Below, piece after piece: positions 1 through 12,200 of a stretch of 64,000 bases of DNA. A program made the position numbers and the translations under genes. The DNA comes from Balanoglossus misakiensis (taxonomy: Eukaryota > Animalia > Hemichordata). Numbering within the stretch: the stretch's first letter is position 1; each line of letters opens with the position of its first letter. The notes beneath the pieces were generated by a model. It saw only the letters and a list, made by a program, of their open reading frames with translations. It ran no database searches and was not told where the DNA came from. The stretch is taken from NCBI GenBank assembly GCA_040954595.2, contig CM082591.2, forward strand, positions 1,649,745 to 1,713,744, read 5' to 3'.

Positions 1-3000
1 AAAAATCATGGGTTATAGCTCAGGAAAATCGCCAAAAATCGAGGATTTTTCGACTTTGCGAACTTTCGAAATTTGGTCATTTTTTGAAAAAATCATGGGT
101 TATAGCTCAGGAAAATCGCCAAAAATCGAGGATTTTTCGACTTTGCGAACTTTCGAAATTTGGTCATTTTTTGAAAAAATCATGGGTTATAGCTCAGGAA
201 AATCGCCAAAAATCGAGGATTTTTCGACTTTGCGAACTTTCGAAATTTGGTCATTTTTTGAAAAAATCATGGGTTATAGCTCAGGAAAATCGCCAAAAAT
301 CGAGGATTTTTCGACTTTGCGAACTTTCGAAATTTGGTCATTTTTTGAAAAAATCATGGGTTATAGCTCAGGAAAATCGCCAAAAATCGAGGATTTTTCG
401 ACTTTGCGAACTTTCGAAATTTGGTCATTTTTTGAAAAAATCATGGGTTATAGCTCAGGAAAATCGCCAAAAATCGAGGATTTTTCGACTTTGCGAACTT
501 TCGAAATTTGGTCATTTTTTGAAAAAATCATGGGTTATAGCTCAGGAAAATCGTCAAAAATCGAGGATTTTTCGACTTTGCGAACTTTCGAAATTTGGTC
601 ATTTTTTGAAAAAATCATGGGTTATAGCTCAGGAAAATCGTCAAAAATCGAGGATTTTTCGACTTTGCGAACTTTCGAAATTTGGTCATTTTTTGAAAAA
701 ATCATGGGTTATAGCTCAGGAAAATCGTCAAAAATCGAGGATTTTTCGACTTTGCGAACTTTCGAAATTTGGTCATTTTTTGAGAAAATCATGGGTTATA
801 GCTCAGGAAAATCGTCAAAAATCGAGGATTTTTCGACTTTGCGAACTTTCGAAATTTGGTCATTTTTTGAGAAAATCATGGGTTATAGCTCAGGAAAATC
901 GTCAAAAATCGAGGATTTTTCGACTTTGCGAACTTTCGAAATTTGGTCATTTTTTGAGAAAATCATGGGTTATAGCTCAGGAAAATCGTCAAAAATCGAG
1001 GATTTTTCGACTTTGCGAACTTTCGAAATTTGGTCATTTTTTGAAAAAATCATGGGTTATAGCTCAGGAAAATCGTCAAAAATCGAGGATTTTTCGACTT
1101 TGCGAACTTTCGAAATTTGGTCATTTTTTGAAAAAATCATGGGTTATAGCTCAGGAAAATCGTCAAAAATCGAGGATTTTTCGACTTTGCGAACTTTCGA
1201 AATTTGGTCATTTTTTGAAAAAATCATGGGTTATAGCTCAGGAAAATCGTCAAAAATCGAGGATTTTTCGACTTTGCGAACTTTCGAAATTTGGTCATTT
1301 TTTGAAAAAATCATGGGTTATAGCTCAGGAAAATCGTCAAAAATCGAGGATTTTTCGACTTTGCGAACTTTCGAAATTTGGTCATTTTTTGAAAAAATCA
1401 TGGGTTATAGCTCAGGAAAATCGTCAAAAATCGAGGATTTTTCGACTTTGCGAACTTTCGAAATTTGGTCATTTTTTGAAAAAATCATGGGTTATAGCTC
1501 AGGAAAATCGTCAAAAATCGAGGATTTTTCGACTTTGCGAACTTTCGAAATTTGGTCATTTTTTGAGAAAATCATGGGTTATAGCTCAGGAAAATCGTCA
1601 AAAATCGAGGATTTTTCGACTTTGCGAACTTTCGAAATTTGGTCATTTTTTGAGAAAATCATGGGTTATAGCTCAGGAAAATCGTCAAAAATCGAGGATT
1701 TTTCGACTTTGCGAACTTTCGAAATTTGGTCATTTTTTGAAAAAATCATGGGTTATAGCTCAGGAAAATCGTCAAAAATCGAGGATTTTTCGACTTTGCG
1801 AACTTTCGAAATTTGGTCATTTTTTGAAAAAATCATGGGTTATAGCTCAGGAAAATCGTCAAAAATCGAGGATTTTTCGACTTTGCGAACTTTCGAAATT
1901 TGGTCATTTTTTGAAAAAATCATGGGTTATAGCTCAGGAAAATCGTCAAAAATCGAGGATTTTTCGACTTTGCGAACTTTCGAAATTTGGTCATTTTTTG
2001 AAAAAATCATGGGTTATAGCTCAGGAAAATCGTCAAAAATCGAGGATTTTTCGACTTTGCGAACTTTCGAAATTTGGTCATTTTTTGAAAAAATCATGGG
2101 TTATAGCTCAGGAAAATCGTCAAAAATCGAGGATTTTTCGACTTTGCGAACTTTCGAAATTTGGTCATTTTTTGAAAAAATCATGGGTTATAGCTCAGGA
2201 AAATCGTCAAAAATCGAGGATTTTTCGACTTTGCGAACTTTCGAAATTTGGTCATTTTTTGAAAAAATCATGGGTTATAGCTCAGGAAAATCGCCAAAAA
2301 TCGAGGATTTTTCGACTTTGCGAACTTTCGAAATTTGGTCATTTTTTGAAAAAATCATGGGTTATAGCTCAGGAAAATCGCCAAAAATCGAGGATTTTTC
2401 GACTTTGCGAACTTTCGAAATTTGGTCATTTTTTGAAAAAATCATGGGTTATAGCTCAGGAAAATCGCCAAAAATCGAGGATTTTTCGACTTTGCGAACT
2501 TTCGAAATTTGGTCATTTTTTGAAAAAATCATGGGTTATAGCTCAGGAAAATCGCCAAAAATCGAGGATTTTTCGACTTTGCGAACTTTCGAAATTTGGT
2601 CATTTTTTGAAAAAATCATGGGTTATAGCTCAGGAAAATCGCCAAAAATCGAGGATTTTTCGACTTTGCGAACTTTCGAAATTTGGTCATTTTTTGAAAA
2701 AATCATGGGTTATAGCTCAGGAAAATCGTCAAAAATCGAGGATTTTTCGACTTTGCGAACTTTCGAAATTTGGTCATTTTTTGAAAAAATCATGGGTTAT
2801 AGCTCAGGAAAATCGTCAAAAATCGAGGATTTTTCGACTTTGCGAACTTTCGAAATTTGGTCATTTTTTGAAAAAATCATGGGTTATAGCTCAGGAAAAT
2901 CGTCAAAAATCGAGGATTTTTCGACTTTGCGAACTTTCGAAATTTGGTCATTTTTTAAAAAAATCATGGGTTATAGCTCAGGAAAATCGTCAAAAATCGA

Positions 3001-6000
3001 GGATTTTTCGACTTTGCGAACTTTCGAAATTTGGTCATTTTTTGAAAAAATCATGGGTTATAGCTCAGGAAAATCGTCAAAAATCGAGGATTTTTCGACT
3101 TTGCGAACTTTCGAAATTTGGTCATTTTTTGAAAAAATCATGGGTTATAGCTCAGGAAAATCGTCAAAAATCGAGGATTTTTCGACTTTGCGAACTTTCG
3201 AAATTTGGTCATTTTTTGAAAAAATCATGGGTTATAGCTCAGGAAAATCGTCAAAAATCGAGGATTTTTCGACTTTGCGAACTTTCGAAATTTGGTCATT
3301 TTTTGAAAAAATCATGGGTTATAGCTCAGGAAAATCGTCAAAAATCGAGGATTTTTCGACTTTGCGAACTTTCGAAATTTGGTCATTTTTTGAAAAAATC
3401 ATGGGTTATAGCTCAGGAAAATCGTCAAAAATCGAGGATTTTTCGACTTTGCGAACTTTCGAAATTTGGTCATTTTTTGAAAAAATCATGGGTTATAGCT
3501 CAGGAAAATCGTCAAAAATCGAGAATTTTTCGACTTTGCGAACTTTCGAAATTTGGTCATTTTTTAAAAAAATCATGGGTTATAGCTCAGGAAAATCGTC
3601 AAAAATCGAGGATTTTTCGACTTTGCGAACTTTCGAAATTTGGTCATTTTTTGAAAAAATCATGGGTTATAGCTCAGGAAAATCGCCACAAATCGAGGAT
3701 TTTTCGACTTTGCGAACTTTCGAAATTTGGTCATTTTTTGAAAAAATCATGGGTTATAGCTCAGGAAAATCGCCAAAAATCGAGGATTTTTCGACTTTGC
3801 GAACTTTCGAAATTTGGTCATTTTTTGTAAAAATCATGGGTTATAGCTCAGGAAAATCGCCAAAAATCGAGGATTTTTCGACTTTGCGAACTTTCGAAAT
3901 TTGGTCATTTTTTAAAAAAATCATGGGTTATAGCTCAGGAAAATCGCCAAAAATCGAGGATTTTTCGACTTTGCGAACTTTCGAAATTTGGTCATTTTTT
4001 GAAAAAATCATGGGTTATAGCTCAGGAAAATCGCCAAAAATCGAGGATTTTTCGACATTGCGAACCTTCGAAATTTGGTCATTTTTTGAAAAAATCATGG
4101 GTTATAGCTCAGGAAAATCGCCACAAATCGAGGATTTTTCGACTTTGCGAACTTTCGAAATTTGGTCATTTTTTGAAAAAATCATGGGTTATAGCTCAGG
4201 AAAATCGCCAAAAATCGAGGATTTTTCGACTTTGCGAACTTTCGAAATTTGGTCATTTTTTGAAAAAATCATGGGTTATAGCTCAGGAAAATCGCCAAAA
4301 ATCGAGGATTTTTCGACTTTGCGAACTTTCGAAATTTGGTCATTTTTTGAAAAAATCATGGGTTATAGCTCAGGAAAATCGCCAGAAATCGAGGATTTTT
4401 CGACTTTGCGAACTTTCGAAATTTGGTCATTTTTTGAAAAAATCATGGGTTATAGCTCATGAAAATCGTCAAAAATCGAGGATTTTTCGACTTTGCGAAC
4501 TTTCGAAATTTGGTCATTTTTTGAAAAAATCATGGGTTATAGCTCAGGAAAATCGTCAAAAATCGAGGATTTTTCGACTTTGCGAACTTTCGAAATTTGG
4601 TCATTTTTTGAAAAAATCATGGGTTATAGCTCAGGAAAATCGCCAAAAATCGAGGATTTTTCGACTTTGCGAACTTTCGAAATTTGGTCATTTTTTGAAA
4701 AAATCATGGGTTATAGCTCAGGAAAATCGCCAAAAATCGAGGATTTTTCGACTTTGCGAACTTTCGAAATTTGGTCATTTTTTGAAAAAATCATGGGTTA
4801 TAGCTCAGGAAAATCGCCACAAATCGAGGATTTTTCGACTTTGCGAACTTTCGAAATTTGGTCATTTTTTGAAAAAATCATGGGTTATAGCTCAGGAAAA
4901 TCGCCACAAATCGAGGATTTTTCGACTTTGCGAACTTTCGAAATTTGGTCATTTTTTGAAAAAATCATGGGTTATAGCTCAGGAAAATCGCCAAAAATCG
5001 AGGATTTTTCGACTTTGCGAACTTTCGAAATTTGGTCATTTTTTGAAAAAATCATGGGTTATAGCTCAGGAAAATCGCCAAAAATCGAGGATTTTTCGAC
5101 TTTGCGAACTTTCGAAATTTGGTCATTTTTTGAAAAAATCATAGGTTATAGCTCAGGAAAATCGCCAAAAATCGAGGATTTTTCGACTTTGCGAACTTTC
5201 GAAATTTGGTCATTTTTTGAAAAAATCATGGGTTATAGCTCATGAAAATCGCCAAAAATCGAGGATTTTTCGACTTTGCGAACTTTCGAAATTTGGTCAT
5301 TTTTTGAAAAAATCATGGGTTATAGCTCAGGAAAATCGTCAAAAATCGAGGATTTTTCGACTTTGCGAACTTTCGAAATTTGGTCATTTTTTGAAAAAAT
5401 CATGGGTTATAGCTCAGGAAAATCGCCAAAAATCGAGGATTTTTCGACTTTGCGAACTTTCGAAATTTGGTCATTTTTTGAAAAAATCATGGGTTATAGC
5501 TCAGGAAAATCGTCAAAAATCGAGGATTTTTCGACTTTGCGAACTTTCGAAATTTGGTCATTTTTTGAAAAAATCATGGGTTATAGCTCAGGAAAATCGC
5601 CAAAAATCGAGGATTTTTCGACTTTGCGAACTTTCGAAATTTGGTCATTTTTTGAAAAAATCATGGGTTATAGCTCAGGAAAATCGTCAAAAATCGAGGA
5701 TTTTTCGACTTTGCGAACTTTCGAAATTTGGTCATTTTTTGAAAAAATCATGGGTTATAGCATAGGAAAATCGTCAAAAATCGAGGATTTTTCGACTTTG
5801 CGAACTTTCGAAATTTGGTCATTTTTTGAAAAAATCATGGGTTATAGCTCAGGAAAATCGTCAAAAATCGAGGATTTTTCGACTTTGCGAACTTTCGAAA
5901 TTTGGTCATTTTTTGAAAAAATCATGGGTTATAGCTCAGGAAAATCGCCAAAAATCGAGGATTTTTCGACTTTGCGAACTTTCGAAATTTGGTCATTTTT

Positions 6001-7678
6001 TGAAAAAATCATGGGTTATAGCTCAGGAAAATCGTCAAAAATCGAGGATTTTTCGACTTTGCGAACTTTCGAAATTTGGTCATTTTTTGAAAAAATCATG
6101 GGTTATAGCTCAGGAAAATCGCCAAAAATCGAGGATTTTTCGACTTTGCGAACTTTCGAAATTTGGTCATTTTTTGAAAAAATCATGGGTTATAGCTCAG
6201 GAAAATCGTCAAAAATCGAGGATTTTTCGACTTTGCGAACTTTCGAAATTTGGTCATTTTTTGAAAAAATCATGGGTTATAGCTCAGGAAAATCGCCACA
6301 AATCGAGGATTTTTCGACTTTGTGAACTTTCGAAATTTGGTCATTTTTTGAAAAAATCATGGGTTATAGCTCAGGAAAATCGCCAAAAATCGAGGATTTT
6401 TCGACTTTGCGAACTTTCGAAATTTGGTCATTTTTTGAAAAAATCATGGGTTATAGCTCAGGAAAATCGCCAAAAATCGAGGATTTTTCGACTTTGCGAA
6501 CTTTCGAAATTTGGTCATTTTTTGAAAAAATCATGGGTTATAGCTCAGGAAAATCGTCAAAAATCGAGGATTTTTCGACTTTGCGAACTTTCGAAATTTG
6601 GTCATTTTTTGAAAAAATCATGGGTTATAGCTCAGGAAAATCGTCAAAAATCGAGGATTTTTCGACTTTGCGAACTTTCGAAATTTGGTCATTTTTTGAA
6701 AAAATCATGGGTTATAGCTCAGGAAAATCGCCAAAAATCGAGGATTTTTCGACTTTGCGAACTTTCGAAATTTGGTCATTTTTTGAAAAAATCATGGGTT
6801 ATAGCTCAGGAAAATCGCCAAAAATCGAGGATTTTTCGACTTTGCGAACTTTCGAAATTTGGTCATTTTTTGAAAAAATCATGGGTTATAGCTCAGGAAA
6901 ATCGTCAAAAATCGAGGATTTTTCGACTTTGCGAACTTTCGAAATTTGGTCATTTTTTGAAAAAATCATGGGTTATAGCTCAGGAAAATCGCCAAAAATC
7001 GAGGATTTTTCGACTTTGCGAACTTTCGAAATTTGGTCATTTTTTGAAAAAATCATGGGTTATAGCTCAGGAAAATCGTCAAAAATCGAGGATTTTTCGA
7101 CTTTGCGAACTTTCGAAATTTGGTCATTTTTTGAAAAAATCATGGGTTATAGCTCAGGAAAATCGCCAAAAATCGAGGATTTTTCGACTTTGCGAACTTT
7201 CGAAATTTGGTCATTTTTTGAAAAAATCATGGGTTATAGCTCAGGAAAATCGTCAAAAATCGAGGATTTTTCGACTTTGCGAACTTTCGAAATTTTGTCA
7301 TTTTTTGAAAAAATCATGGGTTATAGCATAGGAAAATCGTCAAAAATCGAGGATTTTTCGACTTTGCGAACTTTCGAAATTTGGTCATTTTTTGAAAAAA
7401 TCATGGGTTATAGCTCAGGAAAATCGTCAAAAATCGAGGATTTTTCGACTTTGCGAACTTTCGAAATTTTGTCATTTTTTGAAAAAATCATGGGTTATAG
7501 CATAGGAAAATCGTCAAAAATCGAGGATTTTTCGACTTTGCGAACTTTCGAAATTTGGTCATTTTTTGAAAAAATCATGGGTTATAGCTCAGGAAAATCG
7601 TCAAAAATCGAGGATTTTTCGACTTTGCGAACTTTCGAAATTTGGTCATTTTTTGAAAAAATCATGGGTTATAGCTCA
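1..7678. repeat. 87-bp tandem satellite array, about 88 copies, open at the window start
   Basis: Monomer AAAAATCATGGGTTATAGCTCAGGAAAATCG(C/T)CAAAAATCGAGGATTTTTCGACTTTGCGAACTTTCGAAATTTGGTCATTTTTTGA repeats head-to-tail with 0-2 substitutions per copy; seen as a 29-aa period in the ORF track. Confidence 0.99.
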
Positions 7679-7840
7679 TTTTTTTAAAAAAATGATGAAT
7701 TTTAAATTTCCCGAAATCGAAAAATTGTCAGACTTTGATGATTTTCATGAGCTATAACCCATGATTTTTTTTTGAAAAATGATGAAATTTTTAAATTTCT
7801 CGTAATCGAAAAAGTGTCAGATTTTGATGATTTTCATGAC
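7679..7840 (-). repeat. Diverged inverted copies (about 1.8 units) of the 87-bp satellite
   Basis: Reverse complement of 7681-7770 reads AAAAAATCATGGGTTATAGCTCATGAAAATCATCAAAGTCTGACAATTTTTCGATTTCGGGAAATTT..., which aligns with the monomer; a second partial copy runs to about 7840. Confidence 0.92.
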
Positions 7841-7999
7841 AAATATTTTGCTCTTTTCTGAATTTTCTCATGATACATGGAAACTAGCTCATACTCTCTC
7901 AAAGCAGTATCTTGTTGAGTATAGAAATATGGGCCACTGGCATGCTGGGATAATTCCACAGAAACATGAAATAAAAAGATGTACTGAACAATTATAACT

Positions 8000-8005
8000 T
8001 TTATT
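8000..8005 (-). terminator. Candidate AATAAA polyadenylation signal of the KIAA1549-like gene
   Basis: TTTATT on the + strand at the distal end of about 1.2 kb of AT-rich UTR-like sequence downstream of the stop at 9242. Confidence 0.45.
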
Positions 8006-9241
8006 TGATGTCCGTTCCCTCAACTCACACAAATACAAAGTAGTAAAGCATCACATTTCAGCAAATAATTCACAAATTATACATATCTTTAAATATGAAG
8101 AGTATACACAAGGAATAAGTTAAATTACTTTGGCTTTAAAAATTACATAGGGAAAGAATGACAGCAGTTATACACACTCCTCAAATCATTGCAATAATAA
8201 ACTTAAGTGTATAATTCACGTAACAATTTCTGAAGCTTTATCCTTACATAGATGATGAATGTGGACTGTTAACTTAATTTCAAAAGTATTCATTTGAACA
8301 TTTCAATTTAGTGGCCAGCACGATATTAAAGCTGTTTTAATACTAATAGAAGAACAATTGGGTTCTTTAGTGTATCAACAAATCTCAATATTTGGCAACA
8401 TTCATAAAAAACCTTTAATGTCTAGCATTTACAAAGATTTTTTTAAAAAGCCCGAAGCCCAAAGCAGGGGTATAAAATTTTCAATAAATAATTAAAATGC
8501 ACAAGTACACAACATCTCACTACAATAAACTCAGCAAAATAACAAAACATTCTATAAAAAATGTTCAAAACTTCTTTTGATTGCTTTATGCGATCGATTG
8601 AGACATGTCCATTATTTAGGTACAGAACAGCAAACACTATTAAGGCACTGTTGTATATTTACAATGTAAATGTGTATACGTATATTATTAAATCATTTAG
8701 AAAAAGCAACATAATAAAATTAGATGTGATGCCTAGTTATTATGTGGACAAGATTTGGGTTACTTGCAGGTGTTCCTATAAGTGTTACTGATAACCCAGA
8801 CATTTTGTATTTTTGTTGCAACAATCTGCACCAACGGAAACATGTGATACCAGATTGTCACCATTGTGACCATGAAAAGTTTGTTCGCACGCAGCATAAT
8901 TTTAAAGATTACATTTACATACATATATGGTAAAAGGGCATGACAATGATATGATGTGTATATTAAAATTAAAATACATATTTACAGTATGTATTAGTTA
9001 TGACACATCTGTAATGCGAAACTTCGTGCACAGAATACAAGACTGCAGCAATGGTACTATATACTCAGTGTTTAGCTTTGGCAAAGATTTGGTGAAATAA
9101 AACTTGGCAAGAACGACAAAACAAACACAAGAATTTTAGCTGCCAGTATGGTTAGAACACTTGGTGTCCAGCAAAATACTTATAATAAAGTTTTCTGGCC
9201 AACAAAAACTTTGGTAGCAATGTCTCATCACATGTTCAATT

Positions 9242-12200
9242 CTATTGTCCTGAGAGAAATCCATGTTTCATCTCAGCAAGAATAGCATCTCTCTGTTCCT
9301 GTGTTAGGGACTCTGTAGATGAAACACCTGGAATGGTGGCTGTTGTCAAGTTGGGTTCTCTTCCCGAAGATGATGAACCAGACCTTGTTGTCGCTGGGGA
9401 GGATAAAATAACATGATTATATAAATTGACTTATAAATAAATGCAGAAATATTTGAGATGTGAGCTAAATTAATTTATGTATTTATTTTATATCTACATG
9501 TAAGAACTGCTGTGGGATATACTGCCATGTTAAACCCACCTGGTTGATCAAATGGTGAATCCATCAAGATGCCATCCTCCCTCTGTGATGGGCTCCTGAA
9601 ACTGTCTCGATGATTGTCTGATGTTTGCTGTCTTTGTGGGGTGCTACTCAGTTGCTGTGAAAGGCCTGCACCAAAGCTGTCAGTTAACTGAAAAACATGG
9701 AGACAGAAAATACGTTGTAATTGTGTGAGGTTTGCATGCTGCTCCATCTGAACCTTTTGACCAACACGGTTTGGTCCGAATTCATTGTTATCTATGGCAA
9801 AATTGGCATTCTACAGAGGGAGGGTGAAATTGTTGAAAACTTACCAAACTACTGTTGGCGTCTTGTTCAGACCATCCGTCTAAATTTGGACCTGGCAACT
9901 CCTCTGGTCGATTTGGGTATGGTGAAGGCCCAACCTGTCTTGATGGCCTGCCCAGATTTGACAATGGTGTACTTCTCGCTGAGCCATTGGGAGCTGACAT
10001 GTGACTCAGTCTACTCTGAGCTTGTCCCAGCTCGTCCAGTGTTTTTTGAAGTTGCAGCTGCTGCATTCTAAGCTGTTCACTGAGTTCTGCGTTTTCTCTT
10101 TCAAGTTTTGCAGCGTCATCTGTCCTCTGGTTTGCAAATGGATCTGAGCTTCGATTCAAGACATGATGAGGAAAACTTCCGTACTGCGGTTGTGGCTGCA
10201 CCAACTGACTGCCTGGTGGATGCTGCACGGCAAAACCAGGATGAATGCCTCCGGATAAGTGACCCATGGAATGCGACATAGAAGGCTGTGAGTACGGGTA
10301 ACCTAATCCCACATCTGACACCGGCATCCCCAGTTGCTGCTGTAAAGATCCACTGGTTCCGGGACCAAGTCCAGAATATGAGGACCTCGGAAGAGATCCC
10401 ATTTGGTTCGGGTAGACACTGCTGCCGCTGACTGCTCCGGGAATAAATGCCGGATTTTTAGGAGTCCTTTCAAGAGTTCCCGGGTCCAGAACAATGCCCG
10501 AAGCAATTCCCGATGATGTCGGTGGTGATGTTCCCAGTCCGGAAGTGGGTGAAAATTCCTGAGATGATGGTGCCGCTGGGTGGCTTGTGAGAGAGAAGGC
10601 ATCATCCAAGAGTCTATTTACAGCATGTCTTTCTTCATCTCTTCTCAACTGGTTCTCCATTTCTTCTTGGAGTCTTTGAAGCTCCATCTGTTCCTGGTAT
10701 AACTAAAAAATTAACAAAAGCACATGATCATTTTAATTTCGAGAGTGTCAGGGACAACGCACTGCAACATGGAAAATAAAAATGAATCAACCATTACAGA
10801 ATAAAGTTAGTTACTGTCCTCCGTGACTGAGTCATCTTGAAAAATGCACTTTCATTAGAAACTTACTGGGTGGGTATCTACTGGTTGAAACAGCTGCTGT
10901 TCCATCTGTTGGGGAAGCTGCTGCTGGGGGTATTGCTGTTGCTGTGGTAACGGTGGTTGTGGATACTGCTGTTGCTGTAACAACTGTTCGTTGGTGGGAT
11001 GAGGCAGCCAGGCATAACCTGGTTGCAGTGGATAGCCGTCATAAGTACTGGTTGATGAGTATGGATCCCCCATGTATGATATATTTGGAGCCTAAAAGGG
11101 AAGAAAAATACACAATGACCATTCAGATATAATAGTACATGCCTGTGCTGCATGGAAACAGAAATGGACAGCAAATGAATATCTTAACTGTTACAGTCAC
11201 TCAGAATTTGTTACTTACATATGTAGCCATGGTTGGTCTAACATTAACTAGCCGTACATTGTCACTATCGGTTGGTAGAAGGTCCTGTTCGGCGATGACT
11301 TGACCTGGTCGCGCTCTCATGTTTCGTCCCATCTTTTTCACTTTCTGTAATGTGGCAATCATAAAGGTGTCAATAATAAACAATATTCAATTTCTTTCAC
11401 TTTTACGTCACCTAGGCAATTTCAGGCATGGTGTCTTATGGACAGACATACATGTACTGTTAGGGGATAATTGTTCTGAAGTGTTACACTAAGATCTATC
11501 ATAAAATGACACTTACAAACTGTACTTCTCCATTTGGAATCGCAGTTGATGGTACGGATGACTTGTGTGGACGTTTTTTCCACCTGTCACTGCGGGCCTG
11601 TTTCATTTGTCTGCAAAGGAGAAATGGTCTTCAAATTATTCAACAAATCAACAACTGAAATGTTCATTTTTCTAGAGATATATTTCACAAACAGTAGCAA
11701 AATTATACATGATAAATCTATTTTTACAGTATATCTAGAAGTTTTCATAACAGAAGATATATGCAGTGAAAATCTTTATTTTGTCACTTACCTTGCAGCT
11801 GGTGTTATCTCATCTGCCAGGATGGTGTCGATCTGAAATTGTAATGTAGACATGTGCATTAAACGAAGGGTGGGTTGTTGGAATATCAATAAAAATAATA
11901 TGTTAACAAAGTATTATGTGTGCCTTTCTTTTCTATTGCAATAAAAAGACAATGTGTATCTCAAAAATTGTGGAATTTCGTTGCCACTCATCACTAAACA
12001 TGTCCATTGATTAAACATGTCTGTGTAGATAGCAAAAAAGAATGACTGCCTTTTGGATAGAGTCTTTGACAAGCCAATCAGATAACTTGTTACACTTACA
12101 TCTGGTTGTGTAGCATAAACATCTTCTCTTTCATTGGTTGGTTTAATCAAAGCTTCCAGTCTTTCTCTTTCCTTCTGCTTTTCTCTTTCCAGTCTTCTCT

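Noticed and set aside
1-7678. CRISPR-like array
   Set aside because: Units are contiguous and near-identical with no unique spacers, there are no cas genes, and the context is eukaryotic.
8-7687. Very long ORFs (up to 1484 aa) with a 29-aa period
   Set aside because: The 87-bp monomer is a multiple of 3 and lacks stops in two frames. Both overlapping frames are broken by random point substitutions. This is satellite DNA, not a gene.
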